From assembly GCA_009602725.1 (NCBI GenBank), contig WELB01000009.1:1324548-1384836 (forward strand): a stretch of DNA of 60,289 nucleotides, written 5' to 3'. This document shows positions 47,602 to 60,200 of this stretch, in pieces; position 1 is the stretch's first letter; each line of letters opens with the position of its first letter. The translations under genes were made by a program, and so were the position numbers. Source of the DNA: Spirogloea muscicola (Eukaryota). Below the pieces are notes generated by a model that made no database searches, had not been told where the DNA came from, and was given only the letters and a program-made list of their open reading frames with translations.

Positions 47602-49165
47602 TCACATGTCGATGAAGTCTAGGAGACCAAGTGATGCAAAGCCATTGACTGACTCTGCTGCTTCTCCAGAAGGCAGACGCCACTGATGTTGCGAGTGCAA
47701 GACATGATGTGCCTGCTCTGAACCTGCTTGTGACTTGGAGCTAAAGAAAGAGTCGAGAGCCTCAACCTCTGAAGAAAATCTTAGGGACTTGCTGGAGCTC
47801 GGTGTAGAAATCTTGTCCTCCATGTCCTCCGCCCCTGAGCCTGCTGCAGCGACATCCGCATAGCCTGCATCCTGTCCCTCGAATTGCTGCAGTGTCCATG
47901 CTGCGATCTACATCAGCCATATCTACGTATTGTTCACAAGTAATCCATGGTTCCACAGGCACCAAATCTGATGCTTTCGAAGTCGCTGGTGCAGGCCCCA
48001 AAGTCTGATGAGCTCTAATAGGCGTGAGTGCGGCAGTGCTTGGTCCTTTTCTAGGTGGCGGATCAGGGTCTCTTGGACCGATGTCAATTGGTGGGCCCCC
48101 AGCCTGGCTGATAAGAGAGATCATGATTGGTTTTGGTGGGGCAGCGTGATTATGATAGCCTAGATAAGTGACATCAAACACATTCTTGTCGTCCTTCGAC
48201 ACCTCCACTTTCTTCTTTGCCAGGCATGGCTGGTCAGGGTCCTCCAGTCTGCAGCGGAAGTAATTGCGAGGATTTGGCGACCTTTTGATGGGCTTCCTGC
48301 CGTAATTGCGCCAACTCCAACCATCGTCAGGAATTTGCTTCTCGTCCAAAGACTCTGCGACTATCACTTGTATTTGATAAATGGGCACCTTTGGCCTGCA
48401 CAAGTCGAAGTCAGAGGTGTTAGTATATATGTGAATTGGGAAGTTGCCACAGCTAGCCGCTAACCGTAGCAGCACTTGCTTTGTTTGATGACATCCAAAG
48501 TCGATGCAAAGAGACAGAATTGTCCTGTCGGTATTGATGAGCTCAGAGTTCTCGTGGTGAGCAAGCTCATAAATTTTGGCTCATTGTAATTGACCACACA
48601 CAAACGCCTGTAGCACTCACTTTCTTGGAGGTTGGCGACTGCCATCCATCCTGTCGCCGTTGGAGCATCTGGTCCGCTTGGCTCCGGCGCTTTTTGCAGC
48701 ACGCTGGTTAAGAATATCAGCACCCTTGTCACAGTGTGATTCATTCGACGCTCTCTTGACACTGGCTTGCATATGGATATCCTCCTCCATCTTCAGGGGT
48801 AGCAGGGCCGAGTATACATCTCGGTAAGCCGTGCTCTTCTCACTGGAGGTTGTCGATGCAGACATTGGGCTGGGGGGTGCCGTATGTGGGCCAAGGGAGA
48901 AAGGGCCGTTGCTGCTGCATGCTCCTGGATGGACCCCTCTATCAAGGGCGAGACAGGGAGAAGAAGCATGTGGACTGGCAACTCCCAGATGGCCTGCAAG
49001 GATACGGAACTTCTGTAACTGCTCTTGGGCTTGCAGCAATGTTTCTGTGAGATCTGCAAGCTGCCTCTGCCCAGTTATTGTTGTACTCGTGGCTGCTGAT
49101 GCCCCGAAAGTTCTGCAACAAGTAGGTGAGGACGTGAGATTGAAGGAACCGCGAGCGCCAGCCAT
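47602..49165 (-). CDS. WRKY transcription factor with variant WRNYGRK core; 3' end uncertain (47762 or 47602)
   Basis: Exon 49165-48621, phase-2 intron, then an exon from 48395 encoding IPDDGWSWRNYGRKPIKRSPNPRNYFRC-x8-C-x23-HNH. Confidence 0.88.
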
Positions 49166-49588
49166 TGGAGCAGCTTCATCGCACTATGTGGCACATTTAA
49201 GCACAGTAAGGTTCCAGGTAGCAACTGAGCAGATGGGCGGGTATGATCAAGCAGCCGTGAGGAGGCCTTTACAATAGACTCGCTACTGCAAAGGGCAGTC
49301 TTGCGTCTGAGTGCGGAGAGCTGCACCCAGCTGCAGCTGCGCATGGTGCCAGCTGAGCGAGGTCGTGGCACATCTCCTGCTGGCAAGCAGAGCTCCTCTG
49401 GAGCCACAGCAGCTCGGCGAGAGCCGCGAGGTTGCCGACGGTGAGGCTGAGAGCGGAGGCGGCATCCATGAGCCGGCGCGCAGCGTGAGCGTGGAGGTCC
49501 GAGTCGCCGGCGAGACTTCCTTGGGGCAGCCACGCCATGGGGGAGACGGCGCAAGGGCTTGGGGCGCTCGCTAAGCAATGGCTCGCTN

Positions 49589-50820
49589 GCCCTTGCAGCA
49601 GCCTCTGGCTTGCGCAGCGGGGTTGCTCTTCCTCCCCTCAGCTCATCTGACTTCTTACTGCTGACACGGGGGTATTGAGGGCGCCCTGTCTGCCTAGCCT
49701 TTGGCTCCGTCATGAACACCTGTATGCATCTGGCTGGCATTTCACAGCCGATTCTTTCATATCAGCAGCCGCTTTCTCGTTTTCTCGTTTGTGCTTGTCT
49801 TCCTTATCAGTGCTTCGCCTATCCCCCTTCTGGTACTTTGCTCATTCCTCTTTTCTTGGGCTGGCTGTTCCAGCCCATATCCTCAATGGGCGAGCCATTT
49901 CTTTTCCCCAAGCTGCCCGCCTCTCAAGCTGACCAGCACTTCCTGGAGGCCTTGGTGCCTTTTGGTTCACGTGTCCTGCTACCGCATGCGCCTGTCGATG
50001 TCCCTACAGCAAGTTTTCGTGTGGAGTTGAAACAAACAAAGGCCAAAATGGCCAAGTACAAAGAAGGCAAGGACATCTGAAGACGTACATCACCCACTGG
50101 CGATTTGTTCGTTCAGTAACCACGGGTCCGATACATTGAGGTCGCAATTCGATGCCTGAATACCAGATGGCAGCCCTTCTCCAAGCCCTTCTGCCACCAA
50201 CTAGAGCTCGCCCAGCTTTCTGGTGCAAAGCATGAGTCTGAGTACACGGAAAACAGGCTGACACTCGTTGTCGCAAGACCGACAGATATGCACCTGGCAA
50301 ACCCATCTCAGCCGAAACCACATCTGCACGTCGTGCATGACCTAGGTTGGGTTTTTTTGAAGGATAGTATGGAAACGAGGACCTGAACAGCCAAAGAGAT
50401 CGACTGCAGCTGGCAGAGCTGATCGCATTGGGGATAATTGAAGTAATGCTGCAGCTTTCTGTGTGTTCGCACACAGCATACACGCACCCGTAGCCTTATA
50501 CAATCTGCACTAGACTTTGCCTGAACAATGTATTGGCTTGAATTGGCCTCCCTTTCATTTTATGCGCCTCCGCATCCTTGTCAGCACCGACGCCAATCGA
50601 CCACCAACGGGACATTGCATGACAAGGAAGAGCAATCCCGCTGCGCAAGCCAGAGGCTGCTGCAAGAGCGCGACCGGCTCGGCGGTGCAAAGCAAGCGCT
50701 TGAGACCTCTGTAAGGACATAAGTAGACGCATGCGGTAGCAGGACACAAGTCCTAGAAACACCAAGCCTCCAGGAAGTGCTGCACCCTGTCTGCGGCGCC
50801 GCTGGTCAGCTTGAAAGGCC
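49589..50820. mobile_element. CRE-like 3' fragments (plus ~49589-50010, minus ~50600-50820) around an unknown repeat
   Basis: LAAASGLRSG..LSSSDFLLLTRGY* + UTR; CYRMRL.MSLQ segments in both orientations. Confidence 0.78.
50040..50420 (+). repeat. Longest copy of the unidentified degenerate dispersed repeat
   Basis: Overlapping similarity to 28490-28690 (+) and 41490-41715 (-). Confidence 0.65.
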
Positions 50821-50959
50821 AGCAGCGAAAGTAACGAGGACCACCGACCCCCGTCACACCCCTGGTGTCCATGACCAGGGGGTAGGGGTACCGCCAGCAG
50901 GGTGGTCCTTGTACTAAACGTGACGTATTGTGTTCGGCCACCTGCACAGCATAGTCGGA

Positions 50960-53900
50960 CTCAGAAATCATGGGACCCTCGTTCCGGAGAACTTCTTTTG
51001 GAGGACTGAGGTCGCCACAGCGGAGGAGCCAGCGGCGCATGGAAGTTGTTGTTGCCATGGGTTCAGCGAGTGGTGGCAGTGGCACTGGGGATGCAGACGG
51101 GACTGTGGAGGGCGATGCCGCTGTATCAGCTGCACCTGGGGAAGGGGAGCAGGGCCAAGAAAGAAAGGGATCGCCCATTGAGGATAGGGGCTGGACAAGC
51201 CAGCCCAAAAAAGAATAAACAAAGAACGAGAAGGGGGCCAGAGGAAGCCAGAGGAAGCGCTAAGAAACCAAAGCACACAAAGAAAGAAAGCAGCTACAAA
51301 TCACTCAGTAACCCCTGCTAAGCAGCCGCAAATCAGAGAGGCTAGGGTCCTGGAAGTGGGTCCCCTGGACAGAGCCAGAGGCAGCAGCGAGGGCTCGTCC
51401 GGCACGAAGGTGCAGCGCACGGGCCATGGACCTCCGGCCCCCTGCGGAGGCAACTTCTTGCTCGCCCGTGGAGCTCTGCTGCCAGCTTTGCCGGCGGCGC
51501 TGTGCCACTAAGGGGGGTCTTGAGCACGCACGAGCGGGCCTGCGTGCGTCCTGCTAACAGACAGGCGCAGCAGGCAGAGGCATCCGCCACCGCTCGGGCT
51601 TGCAGAGCCCCTTCAGAAGGGGCGATGCCAACACCACCACCTGCGCCTATGGCAGAACTCTGGCGGTAGGCGGAGAGCGTGGACGTCTCCCAGTTCCTGC
51701 GGACGACCACCGTGCAGCTCCTTCGGCACATCCCCTAATGGCTCGGCCTCACATACGGCGAGCCCTTTGGCCCCTCCTGACACGTCTGGTTCGTGACAGC
51801 GAGGATGAAGCTGCATGGGCGGTACTTCTGTTGTTCCCGCAAATTCTGCTTGGTCGACTGCCGCAGGAGACGGCGGGTCGCAAGGAGCTACTGCGCTGCG
51901 CCTCCATCTGTTTGAAGGAGGAGCGTGGGAGCTGCTACTCGCTAAGCACCAAGCAGCTACGCAACTCGCGCAAGCCACCTATCGGCCTACCACGTCAGAA
52001 ACTGATATCAAGGAGGTGAGCAAGCGACGTGCCATCCGATTCGGACGAGCTGGCGACCTGGCAAGGGCTGCCCAAGCCTCGGAGCCCTCCACATCAGCAC
52101 CGCATGATGCGGCAACCTTGGCCGCACTTGAGCAGCTCCATCCTGTGGCCCCGCGAGATTGAGATTCATGGACGGAGAGCTTCACGCCTGCTGCCGGTGG
52201 ACCTGGACCCGGCTGTCTTCCGTCGGGCTGTTGTGAGTAGCCGCAAGGCAGTCGCCGAGGATCGGGGAGCACTTGCGGAAGCTGTATGGGGAGGACGACT
52301 CGAAGGATTCCGATTTGCTGCATAGGGTCGCACAACATGTTGGTAGTGGACACCATCGTATATGCACAGTCCTCTGCACAAGTAATCTCATTGCTATGCA
52401 GAAGGAAAGCGGGAGCGTGCGTCCTATCTCAATGGGGGGGGGATGTCCTGCAGCGCCTCGAGGGGCGCACCCTGATCATGCAGATCCAGGACGATGCCCA
52501 GGCGCACGTCCATCCCCACCAGTTTGGGGTTGGGATGCATGCTGGCGCTGAGTCCCTGGTGCAAGGGGTACAAGCGGCAATGGATGTCAACCCCCATTGG
52601 CTGTCCTTGAGCGTGGACATACGGTATGCTTTCAACTCCGTGGATCGGCAGGTTATTGCCAAGGAGCTAAGGCAGTACTTTCCCACCCTCCTCCCTCACT
52701 TCCGCTGCATGTATGTCTCGCCATCTGCATTGTTGTGGGGGGCAGGTAATTCTTTGGCTGTTCTGCAGTCAAAGACAAGGATGCGGCAAGGTGATCCAAT
52801 GGGTGGTTTCCTCTTTGCTCTGGCGCATCACCGTGCTTTGAGCAACACGGCGAGCGCTCACCCTGGAGTTCTCCCCCCGAGCTATGCGGATGGTACCACG
52901 CTCCTCGGCCCCCCCAGAGGAGGTGCTGCGAGATTTTGGCACGCTTCAGCACCAGCTCCAGCTCATCGGGCTTGGGGTCAATCCTGCTAAGTGCTCCGCC
53001 TGGTCCCCCGATGGCATCCCTCTTTCCCTCTTTCCCTCATTGCCTACATCTTGTCAGACTCCAGATGGCGGCTTGAGGATCTTGGGAGTGCCTGTAGGGA
53101 ACCCGTCTTTCTCGGAGGGTGCTGTCCTTGCTCGTCTCCAAAGATACATGCAGGCCCTGCCAGAGCTCCTCACCCTCGGGGACTCTCAGTTGGCAGTGGC
53201 CATTTTGACCAGAAGTGTGGCACAGTGGCCGTGTTACTTCTTGCGAACGGTGCCACCTTCGGTCACCTTGGATGCTGTCTATGCATCCATTGATGGCAAG
53301 CTTCAGCGATGCCTTGCCGATTTGGATGCTCACCCACTCCTGGAGCAGTCCCCAGCAGCACTGGTGCAATGTACGCTGCCCATGCGTCACGGTGGGCTTG
53401 GTTGTCGCCCTTGGTCCGCTTGTGCAGACCAGCGTACCTTGGCTGCTGGCTCAGGTGGCTTCGTCCACATCTGGCCTATTCCTCCTTGAGCAACAACATG
53501 TATTCGCGCCCCATATCAGTAACGTGGTTCAGGGAAGTCTGCCTTTCCAAGCGACAATCAAAGCATGCCAACAGGACCCCTTTGCCCCTTCCGCGCCTCT
53601 GGTAAAAGAGCCTGTTAATTTTGCTGCCTGGGCTAATGTCTATGATGTGAGGGCTCAATTGCGGTTCTCCCGTGCTGCAGATGAGCAACCACTGGAGCAT
53701 CTCCAGAATCTCCTCCAAGGGATGCTCGAGGCCAGGCTCGGCTCCTATGAATTTCGTCGCTGGGATGTCTGGGTGGCTCCGCGCCTTGCCTTTGCATGCG
53801 GGCTTGCGGATGGAAATTGCTCATTCTGCAATTCTCTGCGCCGCCGACTAGGCTGACCCTCCCTGTGCTTGGCAGGGGTGACCCAGTGCCAATGTGGGCT

Positions 53901-54260
53901 TACTGGGCATGATGCATTGCTCATGGGTGACCACATGCTCAGGTGTGCCAACGGCAGTGAGCGCACGGGCTCCCACAACGTCCTACATGACGTGACGTTT
54001 GGCATCGTCAAAGAAGTGGGATATCAAGTGAGTTGGAAAGCACCGGGGTGATGTCCATCCAACTTCGCAACGGGGTCCCTCTGACAAGGCGTGTCGTTCT
54101 GGTGGGCGTCCTCTTGGGAGGTGGCAAGCGGCTCCTCATGAACGTCATTCTCACTGACAGCTTTCGTAAGAAGGGCCCCGTTACTTCTGAGGCCGGCTAT
54201 CCTGTCTTTCGATGTATGTGCCTTGGCTGTGATTGGCAAGCGGCTGGGCACCCCCCTTAA
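50960..54260 (+). mobile_element. Old, frameshifted near-full-length CRE-like retrotransposon
   Basis: N-terminal CQLC..HERAC zinc finger, ARPHIRRAL..LLFPQILLGR, SVRPIS, DIRYAFNSVDR, RQGDPMG, SYADG, RILGVPVG, LPMRHGGLG and CQCG..HMLRC..SHN; colinear with 12505-15397. Confidence 0.9.
51161..51434 (-). mobile_element. Young 3' fragment inserted into the old CRE-like copy
   Basis: RSMARALHLRAGRALAAASGS..LSRGY* + UTR, nearly identical to pieces of 16850-17235; interrupts sequence that is continuous at 57089-57106. Confidence 0.9.
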
Positions 54261-54339
54261 AACCCGTGGGATGTCCATGTTTGGTAGTAAAAAGTATCCC
54301 CAACCCTGCTCGTTCTTGTACTTCTGTGTCTTCTCCTGC

Positions 54340-57255
54340 TTGGCCACCTTCACAGTGTAGCTGGCCTGAAGGGGCCCTTCCTACGAAAGCTGTCAGTGAC
54401 ATCGACGTCCATGAGGAGCTGCTTGCGTCCAGTGGGACTTCCACCAGATCAACACGCCTTCTTCAAGAGACCCCATTGCGAAGTTGAACGGGCATCACAC
54501 CGGTGCTCTTGAAAGCCACTTGATATCCCGCCTCCTTTACGATGCTATACATCGCGTCTCGTTGGAGGTTGCGGAAGCCCGTGCGCTTATATGGCACACC
54601 TGATCATGTGGTTGCCCACGGGCAAGGCATCCTCCTCAATAAGCCCACACTCACCATGGATCACCCCTGCCAAGCACAGGGATGGTGAGCCCAGACGGCG
54701 TAGAGCATCGCAGAATAATGCAGTTTCCATCTGCACACCCGCATACGAAGGCAAGGCACGGATTTACTCAGACGCTCCCAGCGACGGAACTGATGGGAGC
54801 CAAGTCTGGCCCCGAGCATCTCCTGAAGAGGGACTGAAAAGGATGTCTCTGTGGTTGCTCATCTGCAGCACGGGGGTGCTGTGCATCAAGCCGTCAAATC
54901 AGAAACATAGCCAAGGCCGCAAACCTGATAGGCTCAGATACCAGAGGCGGATATAGAGGCAATGAGGTCCTGTGGGCATGCATTTACTGTCACTTGGAAA
55001 GCAGACTTTCCTGAGCTACGTCACTGATGTGGGCCGCAAATACACGTTGTGCTCAAGGAGGAATCGTCTGGATATGGACGAAGCCACCTGAGCTCAGTAA
55101 GCCAGGGTATGCTGGTCTGCACATGCGGACCAAGGGGCGAAAACCAAGCCCACCATGTCGTATGGGCAGCGTACCTTGAATAAGTGCCGCTGGGGACTGC
55201 TCTAGGAGTGTTTGAGCAATCAAATGGGCAAGGCATTGCTGAAGCTTGCCATAAATGGATGCATAGACAGCATCAGAGATTAATGAAGGTGGGACCACTC
55301 GTAGTAGGTAACAGCGTCGCCGGGCAACACTCTTAGTCAAAATGGCCAAAGCCATTTGAGAGTCTCCGAGGGTAGGGAGCTCTTGAAGGACCTGCATATA
55401 TCCGCTGAGCCGAGCAGGACTGCGTCACCAAGAGATAAGGGTCCTTTATGGGCACTCCCAAGATTCTCAATCCACCGTCTGGTGTCCAACAAGATGTAGA
55501 TTATGAGAGGGAAAGAGGGATGCCATGAGGGGACCAGGCAGTTGACTTAGCTGTATCAATTTCAAGCCCGATGTGCTGGAGCTGGTGCTGGAGCCTGCCA
55601 GAAGCTCGCAGCACCTCCTCTTGGGGGGCCAAGGAGTGTAGTATCATCAGCAGAGCTCGGGAGAGAATGCCAGGGTGAGAGCTCCCTGTGTTGCGCAAGG
55701 CTCGGTGATGCGCCAGAGCGAAGAGAAAACCACCCATAGGGTCATCTTGCCATGCCCCCACTTTTGATAGCAAACAGACAAGAACTTCCTGCCCTCCACA
55801 ATAATGCAGATGGCGAGCCATACATGCAGCGGAAGTGAGGGAGGAGGGTGGGAAACTACTGCCTTAGCTCCTAGGTGATAACCCGCCGAGCCATGGAGTT
55901 GTTAGAATTCCGTACATCCTCGCTCATTGCCAGCCAATGGCCATCCCGTGCACCAGGGTCTCAGCGCCAGCGCTCTCCCAGCCCCACACTGGTGCGGATG
56001 GGAAGTGCGCCTGAGCATTGTCCTTAATCTGCGTTATCAGGGTGCTGCACGAGGCGCTCCAGAACCTCCCTCGTTGAGATAGGACACTCCCCGCTGTGCT
56101 TCTGCAAAGCAACGAGATCACTTGTGCAGAGGACTGCGCAACACGATGAATGAGGTGTCCACGCCCAACATGTTGTGCAACCCCATGAAGCAGATAAACA
56201 ACATCCGAGTCTCTTTTCCCATACAGCTCCCGCCAGTGCTCAAAAACCATGCCAGAGGGGCCCCCGGCGACCACCTTGCGGCTACTCAATGGCCTGACGG
56301 AAGACAATCGGGTCCAGGTCCACCGGTTGAGCAGGCGTGAAGCTCTCCATCCATGGATTTGGATTTCCCGGGGCCGGAGGATGGAGCTGCTCAAGTGCGG
56401 CCAAGGTTGCTGCATCATGCGGTGCTGGTGTGGAGGGCTCCAAGGCTTGGGCAGCACTTGTGAGGTCGCCGGCTCCTCTGAAGTGGATGGCACGTCGCTT
56501 GCCCGCCTCCTTGGCACCAGCTTCCGACGTGATGGCCGATAGTTGGCTGGCGCGAGTTGCGCAGCCGCTTGGTGCTTTGCAAGTAGCAGCTGCCACGCCC
56601 CACCTTCAAACAGGTGGAGGCGCAGAAGCAGCTCCTTGCGACCCACCTTCCCCTTCCCCTTCCTCCTTCAACCCTACATGGACCAAGCAAAAGTCGAGGG
56701 AGCAACATAAGTACCGTCAAGCAGCTCATTCTCCCTGTCAAGAGCCAGACATGGTCATAAGGGGCCGAAAGTCTCGCCGTATGTGAGGCCAACCTCAGTA
56801 TGAAATGTGCTTGAGGAGCTGCCCGGTGGTCGTCCGCAGGATCTCGGAGAGCTCCGCTCCTCGCCAGCGTTCTGCTTTAGGCCCTGGTGGTGGTGTTGGC
56901 ATCTCCCCTCTTGAAAGGGCTCTGCGAGTCCAGGCGGTGGCGGATGCCTCTGCCTGCTGCTCCTATCCGTTAGAAGAACGCACGCAGGCCAGCTCGTGCA
57001 TGCTACATCCCGCCATAGTGGCACAGCGCCGCCAGCAGAGCCGGCAGCAGAGCTCCACAAGAGGGCAAGAGGTTACCTCCGCAGGCAGCCGGAGGTCCTC
57101 TTGGCCGTGCTCCCCTTCCCCAGGTGCAGCTGATACAGCGGCATCGCCCTCTATAATTCCGTCAGCACCGGCAGCGCCACTGCCACCAATAGCCGAACCC
57201 CATGGCGACAACCACTTCCATGCGCCGCCGGGCTCCTCCGCTGCGGCGTGACCTC
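54340..57255 (-). mobile_element. Second old CRE-like copy, inverted relative to 50960-54260
   Basis: CRLCWRRC..HELAC, LLPRLLLG, LRLHLFEGGAW, GGPSGMVFEHW, QDDPMGGFLFALAHHRAL and LPIRHGGLG; many stops and frameshifts. Confidence 0.9.
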
Positions 57256-57689
57256 CCCTCCAAGATCAGTAGCCGCTTTCTCAAGATGCAGGGGGGTTTG
57301 TGGAAGCCGCCTAGACGCGGGGGAGGTCACGGCAATGGTAGTGGGTGGGGCTCAAAGCCCGTAAGCACAGCATCATGAGAAGCAGTGGGAGACGGTATTG
57401 GGAGAGGGGGTCCTGTGCCCCTCTCCGTGTTGTCCTCCTCCATGGCATCCTCGGGTGGCGTTGGGGCCGCGCTCGGGACATCCGTCTCGTTCGTCCCTGG
57501 GCCTGGCGGGGCCCGGGATGAGCGCATAGCGCAGCCGCAGCTGGAGCTCCGGTGCACTGCTCTTGCGCTGGCCGCCAGTGCGGTCCCCTCCCCGGCACAA
57601 GTGAGCCGAGGCTCAGATCGCAGCCGGCGGCGGCATGCGCGTCCGTCGGCGCTCTGACACTCAAGCGCCCCGGGGGTTTGGGTTTTGAT

Positions 57690-58037
57690 CCAAGAATGGG
57701 GCTGCTGGCGTTCGAAAAGCGGCTGTGAAAGTAAACGAGAAAGGGCTCGCCCCTTGAGGATAGGGGCTGGACAAGCCAGCCCAAAAAACGAATGAGCAAA
57801 GGACGAGAAGGGGGCCAAAGTAAAAGCCCGTCCGAAGGACCAGGGGTTGCAAAAGCCAGCCGGTGCATACCGAGGGTGTTCGTATCTTAGAAGAAAGCGG
57901 CTGCTGATATGAAAGAATCGGCTGTGAAATGCCAGCCAGATGCATACAGGTGTTCATGACGGAGCCAAAGGCTAGGCAGACAGGGCGCCCTCAATACCCC
58001 CGTGTCAGCAGTAGGAAGTCAGATGAGCTGAGGGGAG
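57690..58037 (-). mobile_element. Head-to-tail CRE-like 3' fragments
   Basis: LSSSDFLLLTRGY* + UTR (57890-58037) and a GGGCTGG..CCAGCCC UTR (57735-57820). Confidence 0.85.
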
Positions 58038-58127
58038 NGCGGCGGCGGCGGCGGCGGTGCCTCGCCGCCGCTGCCGCTGTCGCTGCCGCCTCGGTCGCTG
58101 TTGCCACCATATGGCTGAGGCAGGCTC

Positions 58128-59604
58128 TCAAGCTAAGGGGTTGGCATGGATGGTCACGCGGTTTAGCCGAATCTCTGCCAGAGGTCTGTCCGCAGCCCCC
58201 GTCGGCGTCTGCACCCCATGCGCGCCGCCTTCTTTGGGTTACAGCACGGGTGGAAGCGCAGGGGAGGCGGGGCATAGGTGAAGTAGTGTTGGGGGTGATT
58301 GGGGTCAGGGGAAGGACGCAGAGAGGTAGAGAGCAGGAACGTGGAGATGAGCACAAAGCAAGGAAAGTGAGGAGGAAGGGGGGAAGACTAAGCTTGAGAT
58401 CCAAGGAAGAGAGGTACTGGGAGATGGGAAGAAGGGATACTGACGGGTAAGAGAAGAGGGGTAATAGAAGAACAGGAAGATAGGAAGGGGACTGCATGCT
58501 TGCATGCCAGCAGGCTCACCTTCTCCATGAGGTCAAGCACCTCGAGGCCGGCAATGATGCGGCCAAACACAGTGTACAGGCCGTTGAGATGCGGCTGCTT
58601 GGCGTAGCTGATGAAGAACTGGCTCCCGTTGGTGTTTGGCCCACTGTTGGCCATCGACAAGATTCCCCGTGCAGTGTGCTGACACCCACCGGGCCTCTGA
58701 TCAGCAATTGAAAGAGGAAAGGAAGACGATGGCGTTGGGAGAGCAGGGAAGAGCCTAGAGGGACTCACCTTAAGGGCCTCCCGAATCTCGTCATTGAATT
58801 TACGACCCCAGATGGACGTGCCACCGCGCCCTGTGCCAGTTGAGTCGCCACCCTAAGCAATTGCCGCCGCAGCCATAGCAAAGGGCGTCAGAGCAGCAAG
58901 GAAGCTTCGAGGAGCAGGCAAGTAAGTTATGTGTAAAGTAAGCATTAGGCTGCAAAGTGTTCACGCAGGATCTAGGGTTTCAAGTTTCGGTAGATGAGTT
59001 TGTCATGTACAAGAAGAGTAGGGCTCGGGGGACCTGGATCATGAAGCTCTTAATGTTGCGATGGAATATAGTGCCGTCGTAGTATCCGCTTGCGCACAGC
59101 GCCAGGAAGTTCTGCAGCAGTGTGGTGGGTGCAGTCAGATCAGCGACCTGACCAAGCGATGGCTGCGGCCTGGGCTGACAGCGGCAAGGCGTACCTCAGC
59201 GGCCTTTGGGACCTCGTCGCAGAAGATCTCGCACTTGATGTCGCCGAGGTTCGTGTGCAATGTCACCGACTGCGGCGGCGTCGGCAGGCCGGGCAGATGA
59301 TTTCAGCAGAGCGGAACCGGTGTCAAGGTTTGAGGGAGGAGAAGCTGCAGAGCATGTTGTCGACAGTCATGGACCCTAGCAACTGGAGCTACGTTGCGGT
59401 CAACAAAGGGGGGAGGGAGGAGGAGGGAACAGAGCGACAGAAGTGGAAAGGCAGATGGACAGTCAGCGAGGGAGAGAAAGAGCGAAAGGGCGAGGAGGCC
59501 CAGAATAATCATAATATTCAGAGGATCAGTGGAGAGTAGAGAGGGCGAGCTGAGGTAAGCGAATGGGAGGGAGGGAGGCAGGCGGAGTTGCTGCTCTGCA
59601 CCAT
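58128..59604 (-). CDS. CYP18-1: Cyclophilin-type peptidyl-prolyl isomerase, CYP18-1/PPIL3-like (~159 aa)
   Basis: Putative ATG-only first coding exon at 59604-59602, then 59269-59195 ([17 protein letters not shown]), 59111-59034 ([26 protein letters not shown]), 58852-58769, 58678-58520 ([16 protein letters not shown]) and 58208-58128 ([19 protein letters not shown]). Confidence 0.93.
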
Positions 59605-59736
59605 CTGCCTGGACCGGCCTGGTCGACGATGCTGCCGCTGTGGCGGCGGCGGAGCAAGCGGCGGCTGGGGGAAAGCGGCCGCGACAGTGGTCTGCAGCAG
59701 CTGAGTCGCTTTGCACGCAGTCACACCACCGCCACT

Positions 59737-59769
<33 letters not shown>
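59737..59769. repeat. (GCC)11 microsatellite
   Basis: Read directly; lies upstream of the cyclophilin ATG. Confidence 0.9.
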
Positions 59770-59771
<2 letters not shown>

Positions 59772-59806
59772 AGGAGCCGACGACGGTCGCGGAGTGCCGG
59801 AAGGCG

Positions 59807-59814
59807 TAGGGTTT
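59807..59814 (-). promoter_or_regulatory. Telo-box-like AAACCCTA upstream of the cyclophilin gene
   Basis: tagggttt on the plus strand ~200 nt upstream of the putative ATG, with another copy in an intron at 58973-58980. Short motif that may be chance. Confidence 0.3.
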
Positions 59815-60039
59815 GCGAGAAGTGGTCGAAAGCGGTCGGAAGTGCCAGGGTTTAAGCCCGACAAGCCAGTCGTCGGGAGTGGCTCATCAGACGCAGAGCC
59901 GTCTCGTCGGGCTCTGCCTGCTCCTCCCTGCACCCTCCCGCCATCCGACGCCAAACCACCCCTCGCCCGTCGGGCTAAACCCTCACTCGTCGCTAGCCCC
60001 CCTAGCAAACCCCCCCCCCGGCTCCCCGAGGTTGCTCCA

Positions 60040-60200
60040 CCTCCCCTCAGCTCATCTGACCTTCCATGGCTGACACGGGGGTACGACGAGCGCCCTGTCT
60101 ACCTTAGCCTGTGGCTCCGCTAAGCCAGTCATGAACGCCATCTGCATGCACCTGGCTGCCCTTTACAGCGGCTCGTTTGATCTCAGCAGCCGCATTCTTC
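60040..60200 (+). mobile_element. CRE-like 3' fragment
   Basis: LSSSDLPWLTRGY plus UTR similar to 49635-49780. Confidence 0.8.
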
